A stretch of 55,431 bases of DNA, the filler included, from Squatina squatina (taxonomy: Eukaryota), in assembly GCA_031763465.1 (NCBI GenBank). It is 3 parts of 3 records of this genome, joined end to end, with 100 filler letters (N's around TTAATTAATTAA, not from the genome) between each part and the next. Parts side by side here need not be neighbours in the genome. Positions count along the whole stretch, not along the records: positions 35,646 to 55,431 come from JARFOE010000001.1; 2 more parts are not named here. The stretch is one strand, 5' to 3'. Position 1 is the first letter of the stretch. Every line of letters begins with the position of its first letter. The notes under the pieces were generated by a model. That model did no database searches and had not been told where the DNA came from. It worked only from the letters and a program-made list of their open reading frames with translations. A program made the position numbers and the translations under genes. Of this stretch, positions 47,831 to 55,431 are shown piece after piece.

Positions 47831-50800
47831 GGCGGTTAGGGGANNNNNNNNNNNNNNNNNNNNNNNNNNNNNNNNNNNNNNNNNNNNNNNNNNNNNNNNN
47901 NNNNNNNNNNNNNNNNNNNNNNNNNNNNNNNNNNNNNNNNNNNTCTTGACATGCATTGTAAATGCTGCAAGCCTTGCAAACCACAATTCCCATGATGACA
48001 CAAGGTTTTGTCAGTAGTTCTACTTGGTTGAAGCATTGTGCCTGGAGGATATAAACAAGAGAACTATTACAACTGTGCTATGGATGGAAGTTTTCTGAAA
48101 AAAAGTACCACTCAAAGTGGGAGTATTGATTTACATGTGGATCCATCCTGTTTTCCAGTCACTGTGCACCTGTTATTACTGTCTGTCCTTACATGCAGCG
48201 AACCTGTGACAGAGGTAACATTACACATAATTGTGGCAATGGTCCATTCTCTCTCGCGTTGGAGCAACTGCAGAGTTGTCACCCATCTGCTCTTGGTGAG
48301 GACAATCCAGTTTTGAGTGAGTGTCTGAAAATTTCTAAGATGTAAAATAGTCACTAAACGTCTGCTTTAAAATAAAAGTAAATTTTATATTTTCTTCTGT
48401 GGAGTCATTAATTGTCATTAAAGTTCCTGATAAACTTTTATTAGCATGAAAGAAAAGATCGGAACACAAGCCAAGATTCCACCCTTTACCCCACCCCTAT
48501 TTAACTCTTTGTTTATTTTTGACCGAGGCAAAACGTGGAAACTCTACTGCTATCATTAAACTGCTCAAAGTCCTGTGTTTTTTAAAAACTTCCAGCACTC
48601 TCCTGATAATTAATCTTAGCTGTGAAAACATCTTTTCATATTTCTCATTAATGGATCAAAAAATATTGTCCACTAGCTCAATAGTATGTAAAAATAGAGG
48701 ANNNNNNNNNNNNNNNNNNNNNNNNNNNNNNNNNNNNNNNNNNNNNNNNNNNNNNNNNNNNNNNNNNNNNNNNNNNNNNNNNNNNNNNNNNNNNNNNNNN
48801 NAGGAAACAAATTGACTGAGAAAAAAGGAAAGCATTCCGGAAGCTCTGGTTTGGAATGGTTTATTTTCTGTTTTTTAGAAAGGATAGTGCTTTTTCTTTG
48901 CACCGTGCAGAACTGCTTTTAAATGAGAGTTAACCACTGATCACAGATTTCTAGAAGAATTTCACACCAATGGTGTGTGTCTCAGCTTTAGTTTTACTTA
49001 TGTGAATGACCTTCAAGACACACTCAAACCTGTGGTGTCCGTGAGTTATGGGCCTTTCACACTTGCCAACAAAACCCATTAATGTGCCATTACTTGCGTG
49101 ATATCCTGTGAGCAACAGATTGCAAACACTTTTGACCTTTATTCACACTACCCACTAAGTAAAAATTGTAAGTTTGATAGCAATTACAGGAAAGGAAATG
49201 TCAGCAGATATGTTACCAGTATTACATCGAAAGGCCAGTGCATGCTGTGAATTGCGATTGTCAACAGCACCATGGAGATGCTGATGTTGACTGTTATGCA
49301 AAAAGCTCATATTAATTAAATCAACACATAAATGAGTTATCTTTAAGCCCAATATAATTTCCTTGGTATTCACATATTTCTCAATATTTGTAGAAGTGAC
49401 CAATAATCATAATGTCAATATTGATTAACTACTGGCTTTTTAAAGATGGCATTACCTAATCACNNNNNNNNNNNNNNNNNNNNNNNNNNNNNNNNNNNNN
49501 NNNNNNNNNNNNNNNNNNNNNNNNNNNNNNNNNNNNNNNNNNNNNNNNNNNNNNNNNNNNNNNTGGAAGGAGCAGGAGACAAAGAAATTGTTGCAGGAAG
49601 TTACACAACTCTAACAGCCTCCCTACAGAAACACAGCCTAATGTACTGCTTCTCAGATGAGGTACGTTGTCCTGGACCTATAGACTGTTGGGAAGGTAAG
49701 GATTCCTGTGAGGATGTCTCCTTCTATCAGCCTGCAACCACAGCTCTATTTGTTCCTTCCTCCTGTTGCTGCTGCTTCTCTTACTCTATCTGCAGTGGAA
49801 TTGCCAGAAAGATCCCAATGAAGAAAAATGTCTCAAGAGCCACTACTTTAAAATAGCCTGAGTAGCCAAAAGCCTCTTTAAATTACCAGCAATGTTTTAT
49901 ATGAGAATTGGTGAGTATCTCATTAAATGGCACTGTAATGGCCTTCTCCCGACCTGTGCAACCGACAGTAGGCAAGTTGAGGAAGTATTGGTGGAAACGC
50001 TGATCAACACGAAAATTACATTGGGGATCATGACAATATGAGGGCTCCACCTGTTTCTGATCAAGAGCCACCCGAAAATCTGAATAGGCAGACCTCCAAA
50101 AGTATCAGCATATATTTGTTACCGCGATTTCCATTTTGCTACCGCTTCCTTTATAGACGGAAACAGAGCAGTAGCCAGAAAAAAGTTGATCTTGATGAAT
50201 TTTACTGTTGTGTTCTGCTACTAGTTTTAATGCAAATATCTGAGCCAAGGCTATTTCATTTATAAAGTGAAACCATGGTGATTTGAGTCTATTTGAATCA
50301 AAGCAATCTGAAGTTTGCTGGCTTACATTGATGCACTGGGATAGAAAAGTCTTAGCTGGAAAAAAAATCTTCAATGAATTTAACACAGAACAGTGAACTA
50401 CTGTAAAAATGGGAGTTGTAAGTGGCAGCCTTCGCTGATGTGGAGAGAAGTCTTTGTCAAAAGCTTTTTTATTAAGCGGTAACCAGTCATTACCAATAAC
50501 GTCACTTTCATGTTTCAGTGGCTCACTTGGATACGAGACGTTCAGTCTTGTTTGGATCAAATTGAGCTGTTCAACCAAACTCCAATAGATATGCAGATTG
50601 CACCCCTTATTCCCGCATCCATGAAATATTGGTGCTGCTCAAATCCTGAGGGAAAGATATAAATAATAACCCATTAAGGGCAAAATGGAGAACCTACACT
50701 GGCTTCTGACCAAGTATCTACACTTGTAATCAAACCAGGACTTATCTCTGTCCTTGGGTAACCTGACACCNNNNNNNNNNNNNNNNNNNNNNNNNNNNNN

Positions 50801-51259
50801 NNNNNNNNNNNNNNNNNNNNNNNNNNNNNNNNNNNNNNNNNNNNNNNNNNNNNNNNNNNNNNNNNNNNNNNNNNNNNNNNNNNNNNNNNNNNNNNNNNNN
50901 NNNNNNNNNNNNNNNNNNNNNNNNNNNNNNNNNNNNNNNNNNNNNNNNNNNNNNNNNNNNNNNNNNNNNNNNNNNNNNNNNNNNNNNNNNNNNNNNNNNN
51001 NNNNNNNNNNNNNNNNNNNNNNNNNNNNNNNNNNNNNNNNNNNNNNNNNNNNNNNNNNNNNNNNNNNNNNNNNNNNNNNNNNNNNNNNNNNNNNNNNNNN
51101 NNNNNNNNNNNNNNNNNNNNNNNNNNNNNNNNNNNNNNNNNNNNNNNNNNNNNNNNNNNNNNNNNNNNNNNNNNNNNNNNNNNNNNNNNNNNNNNNNNNN
51201 NNNNNNNNNNNNNNNNNNNNNNNNNNNNNNNNNNNNNNNNNNNNNNNNNNNNNNNNNNN

Positions 51260-51607
51260 AATCTAGGGAAGAGATAACAGAGGAATTACTACACATATTT
51301 AATAATTCGTTAGAAAAAGGTGTAGTGCCAGAGGACTGGCGGATAGCTAACGTTAAGCCTATATTTAAGAAGGGAGATAGAACATATCCAGGGAACGAGA
51401 GACTAGTCAGCTCAACATCAGTGGCAGGAAAGATAATAGAATCCCTATTGAAGGAGAAAATAGAAAAACATCTAGAAACCAAAAATGTAGCAATGAATAG
51501 TCAGTGTGGATTTGAAAAGGGAATAGTCAGCATGGATTTGACTAACCCGAATGAATCCTTTAAAGAAGTAACAGGGACACTAGACAAGGATAACAGAGTA
51601 GACATAC
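51260..51607 (+). mobile_element. CR1 LINE RT N-terminal fragment
   Basis: IFNNSLEKGVVPEDWRIANVKPIFKKGDRTYPGNERLVSSTSVAGKIIES...SQCGF matches CR1 VPEDW.ANV.P.FKKG...PGNYRPVSLTS. Confidence 0.95.
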
Positions 51608-52060
51608 TGGCTGCAAAATTGGACTCCGTAGCAACCGTTGTTTCGGCGCTATGGATGCTGTTTTGCCTGCAAAGTGGCACCCATGGCTTGCATACATACT
51701 TCTGGTGCTAGCCTCGCCAGAAGCCATCTTGGTGAGAGTGTTGGGGCGGGTGCAGTGCAGACACACCGGATGTATGCAGATCATGGCATCAGTCAGCATA
51801 TAAAGCTGATTTGACATCAGCGGTGCAATTTTGCAGCTCAACATTCCAGCTACCACCCTCTCTTAAGCTCACATAGCTTGAACACGTGTTCAGCAGCAGG
51901 AAGGACCCCCCCGACCACGAGCACTAATTAAAGGATTATCAATGACTTGCAGGATACTTGCTGATCGATTTCTACTGACTGTTGCTGTTATTGTAGAAGT
52001 GTTTGGTGGTTTGTAGAATTAATTAAGGTTGCAAATGCCTACAAGGAGTGGTGTGGTAGG
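51608..52060. mobile_element. Harbinger-like DNA transposon end truncating the CR1
   Basis: CR1 homology stops abruptly at ggctgcaaaattgg, a terminus-like motif, followed by GC-richer non-coding sequence. Confidence 0.4.
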
Positions 52061-52160
52061 NNNNNNNNNNNNNNNNNNNNNNNNNNNNNNNNNNNNNNNN
52101 NNNNNNNNNNNNNNNNNNNNNNNNNNNNNNNNNNNNNNNNNNNNNNNNNNNNNNNNNNNN

Positions 52161-52430
52161 ATAGTTCTTCTGAACATTTCGCCATTGGTCATCAAGGCTG
52201 AGGGGAGATCGCTGAAGGGCTTCAGCGACGGTCCAAAATGGTCTTCTAGATTTGAGACAGGTTGGTGGCAGGTTGTTTAAGCCGGCCTTTATTGGGAATG
52301 TGTTTGCTGGTGTAACAGTTATCTTCTCTGGCGACTGCATATTCATGGCGTAGGTGTGGTGGTGCGTGTTTGCAAGCGTGGGCAGCCAAGGTGTTGGTGT
52401 CGATAAAAGCGCACCAATGTGAGAGACTGT
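52161..52430 (-). mobile_element. Ingi/Vingi-like (I-group) LINE post-RT fragment
   Basis: Joining two frames gives IGALLSTPTPWLPTLAN / APPHLRHEYAVARE / LNNLPPTCLKSRRPFW, matching the recalled STP.PWLPVL.NIAPP.IRR and RLKSR.P.W motifs. Confidence 0.65.
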
Positions 52431-55135
52431 CAAACTGGCTTATGGTACTGACTCTGTAGGAAGCAACACTCAAATTGCTGAGGCCATAGTAGGTTCATCT
52501 TGGTATAAGCATCAAGGTGAAAATTGAGCTGCAGCTGGCAGTTGAACATAAAGGTTTATGTCCTGAACTGTTGTGTCCTCACAGTATGAAACTGCATAAA
52601 GATTTGTGGGTTTTAGAAAAGAAACACAAGGCAAATAAAAGGAAAAATAGGATAAAACCAGAAACTACATAAAATAAGTCTTATTAAAAGTATACACATA
52701 ATAAATTAAATTACTGATTAGGCAAATAAGTGCAGACTTGAGTGGTTTGAATGCTATTTTTCCAACTGATAACATAATCAAGTTAGCTCCCCATTTTAGT
52801 AGCTAAGGATTTTCACTTTTCCTTCTGTCGGGAATAACAGGGCTCTTTTTTAAAAATAAAATCAGCAACAAGATTTTCACCACTTCATCAAACACATGAG
52901 GAAGATCACTGGGAAATGAAGTACCATCCATTATCAATTTGCAAATTTCAATACTAAAATATTTCTTTTCATGCTTATCGGACTCTAACAAGTCTCATAA
53001 GAGAGCCAAAGGCCAGATAATTGCTGCAGTTTCACTTTTTGCCATGTCACTTCATTCATTTCAACAAGAGCTGCCTTCTTAAAGGCCTCTGGAGACAATC
53101 ATTTTTGCAGACTGCGAGCTTTGCATTCACTACGTCTGACCATTTTCATGTTAAAATGTACAAATATGTACAGCTCCCAGTTACTGAGAATAAACTAGAA
53201 ATTGTAATTAATTCAAACCATGCACTGTATTAAGATCTTTTGCTGATTGTTTTGTCCTCTGTTCCAGCATGGTGTCCAGTTAATCAAGCTTTCGAACATC
53301 TTATGACCTGCTTAATGGTGTCATTGGTGCAGCCAGTGAAATTAAGCTAATATTTGTTACAGGAGACTGGTTGAATGCAGTCCGAAGGCATGTGAAAGAG
53401 CAATGTTTTCCATTCATGCCTTGAAGTAAAATTATGATATTTACCTTGCTATTTCACTGTCATGCAGCGTGAAGAAAAATTTTAATTAACATAATCATTT
53501 GCTGTGTTTAGTAGTTTGAAAAAAGTATACGTTTGAAAATGTCATTTGATGTTCTAGTTGCGATGGTCTGTTCTTTCAAATTGCCCTGACATGTCCTGCT
53601 ACAAGCCGAAACAAATCTTGTTTCACAGCTCCGATTAGGTATGATGTACTTGTCCTTATTNNNNNNNNNNNNNNNNNNNNNNNNNNNNNNNNNNNNNNNN
53701 NNNNNNNNNNNNNNNNNNNNNNNNNNNNNNNNNNNNNNNNNNNNNNNNNNNNNNNNNNNNATTTATTTTCCATGCATTGTTTCACGCCCCTGGTGGTACT
53801 CCAGCAAGATCTTCGAGAGGCAGTTGGGAATTGGCGATCTGTCAGTGTGACACATGCTCAGGGAACCCCATGATGGAAAAGTATTTATCACTGTGTTAAA
53901 ACAGCACCACAGAAGGACAGCCAGGGGTCAGTAGCAGTACACTGAAGACCGAAAAATCCGCATCCTCAGCAAATCTTTAGCATTTAGCATATTTGCCAGA
54001 ATTTTCAAATGCAATAAAGCTGAGACATCTTTTTACAGACAAAGACCCCTGCAGTGTTATGAAGTGATAATACCAGGGCAGGTTGCTGTACCATTACTTT
54101 AACTTAAATTCTCCCTTAAATAGAAAACAAACATTTCTTTGCACTGCAGGTTATATGAACAGGATTGTAAAGGTCAGAATAAGCTTTGCCCAATACCTGT
54201 GCATATATTTCTGAGAATACTGAATAGAATTAATGAAGATTTTACTAGTGTGCCCCACTCACAATTACACTGTTGTTAATCAGAACATAAAGGAAGAAAA
54301 TGTCCTCATTTCTGGACTGATAATTGCAAGTTGCCCAGGTAATAATATTTTATTCTGGTTATTATTCTAATAACTGAATGGTAGAGTGTTGAGTGAGTGT
54401 GCTTATTTTTTGTGCAGTTAATCCTACTTCTATTCTTAATAACTGAATTTGCCTTTTCTGTATTTGCTAAATCATCATCTGTTCATTACAGTTGATTATT
54501 ACCAATCCTATGTATTCCTGCATCTGTGTCAAAATCTGTAAAAGAATGCCACACCCGACAAATGGACATATTTTTGTGTGTAACCACGAGAATTGTCCAA
54601 CAATAAGCATGTTCTTTGCAATTTAATTGTCCTTCAAATTGTGATAAAAACAAATTCTTAAGAGAATATTGTCAGTCCTCTAATTATCAATCCTCTTACT
54701 GTCATTCTTCATCACTGGGAGCCCATACTCTAAACGGAAGAACAAAGATTTAAAAGAATCTCTTACTCGCATCAATTCTGGATGTACATTAGTGTTAATT
54801 TTGTTTGGAAAATGGAATATGAAAGCATCACTTATTCCACTATTATAGTAACACATTTCCTACTTATGCAGATGTTGTTAAAGAAATTGATTTTCTAGCA
54901 TAGTAAACATGCAGGCTGCTGTGCCATTACTTCTGACAGTGTGCTCTATGGAAGGAAGCTGTTTAATCCTCTGAGTGCTGAGTTCTACATTCTACATAAT
55001 GGCATATAGGGAAGAAATAATTGTTAATTTTCCTGACCATTCCCTCCTCATAATCCATTACAGATAAAAATGTTGACAGGTTTTAAAATTGTACTTGAGT
55101 AATCATAAATTTAAGAATTCTCCAGATGGAGATCT

Positions 55136-55431
55136 AGGGATGTGCAGATGATTTATTGCCCATCCTTAGTTGCCCTGAGAAGGTGGATGTGAGCTGTCTT
55201 CTTGACCCATTGCTGTCCATGTGATGAAGGTACTCCCACAGTGCTGTTAGGTTGGGAGATCCAGGATTTTGACCCAATGATGATAAGGGAATAGTGATAT
55301 ATTTATGTATAGGCCAGAAATTGGAGGTGATGTCCCCATGCACCTGCTGCCCTTGTTCTTCTAGGTGGTACAGATCACAGATTTGGGAGGTGCTGTTGGA
55401 GAAGCCTTAGTGAGTTGCTGCAGTGGATCTT
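55136..55431 (-). mobile_element. LINE 3' end (13049 family)
   Basis: atttattgcccatccttagttgccctgagaaggtgg...ggtactcccacagtgctgttag...caggattttgaccca aligns with 13049-13233. Confidence 0.8.

Noticed and set aside
50105-50662. 157-aa minus ORF and a plus-strand acceptor followed by WLTWIRDVQSCLDQIELF...GKI*
   Set aside because: No recognisable domain, a non-ATG start for the long ORF, and no donor for the plus-strand segment; cannot be supported without a search.

Overview
Eukaryotic, almost certainly cartilaginous-fish (shark/ray-type) genomic DNA, judged from its repeat repertoire: CR1 and L2 LINEs, Deu-domain tRNA-SINEs, a Penelope pseudo-LTR and PIF/Harbinger-like MITEs. It comes from a fragmented assembly with roughly 44 N-runs, most exactly 100 nt. 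Two artificial 44N-TTAATTAATTAA-44N linkers are present, so adjacency across gaps is unreliable. The only gene I can name is one 111-bp internal exon of glycogen branching enzyme GBE1 (26572-26682, +, ending in the catalytic ESHD motif); its neighbouring exons are not visible. There is also a well-formed but unidentified Ser/Pro-rich exon (17912-18030, +) and two weaker minus-strand exon candidates, each abutting a retroelement end. Other points of note are a Penelope-type minimal hammerhead ribozyme (probably point-inactivated), a decayed Harbinger Myb/SANT ORF, several related GC-rich MITEs (one carrying two perfect CRE sites), an Ingi/Vingi-like LINE fragment and a CCAAT/GC-box promoter-like block. 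Nearly all ORFs in the supplied track are spurious or span gaps. I found no convincing novel multi-gene system. All family assignments are from recalled motifs, not database searches.
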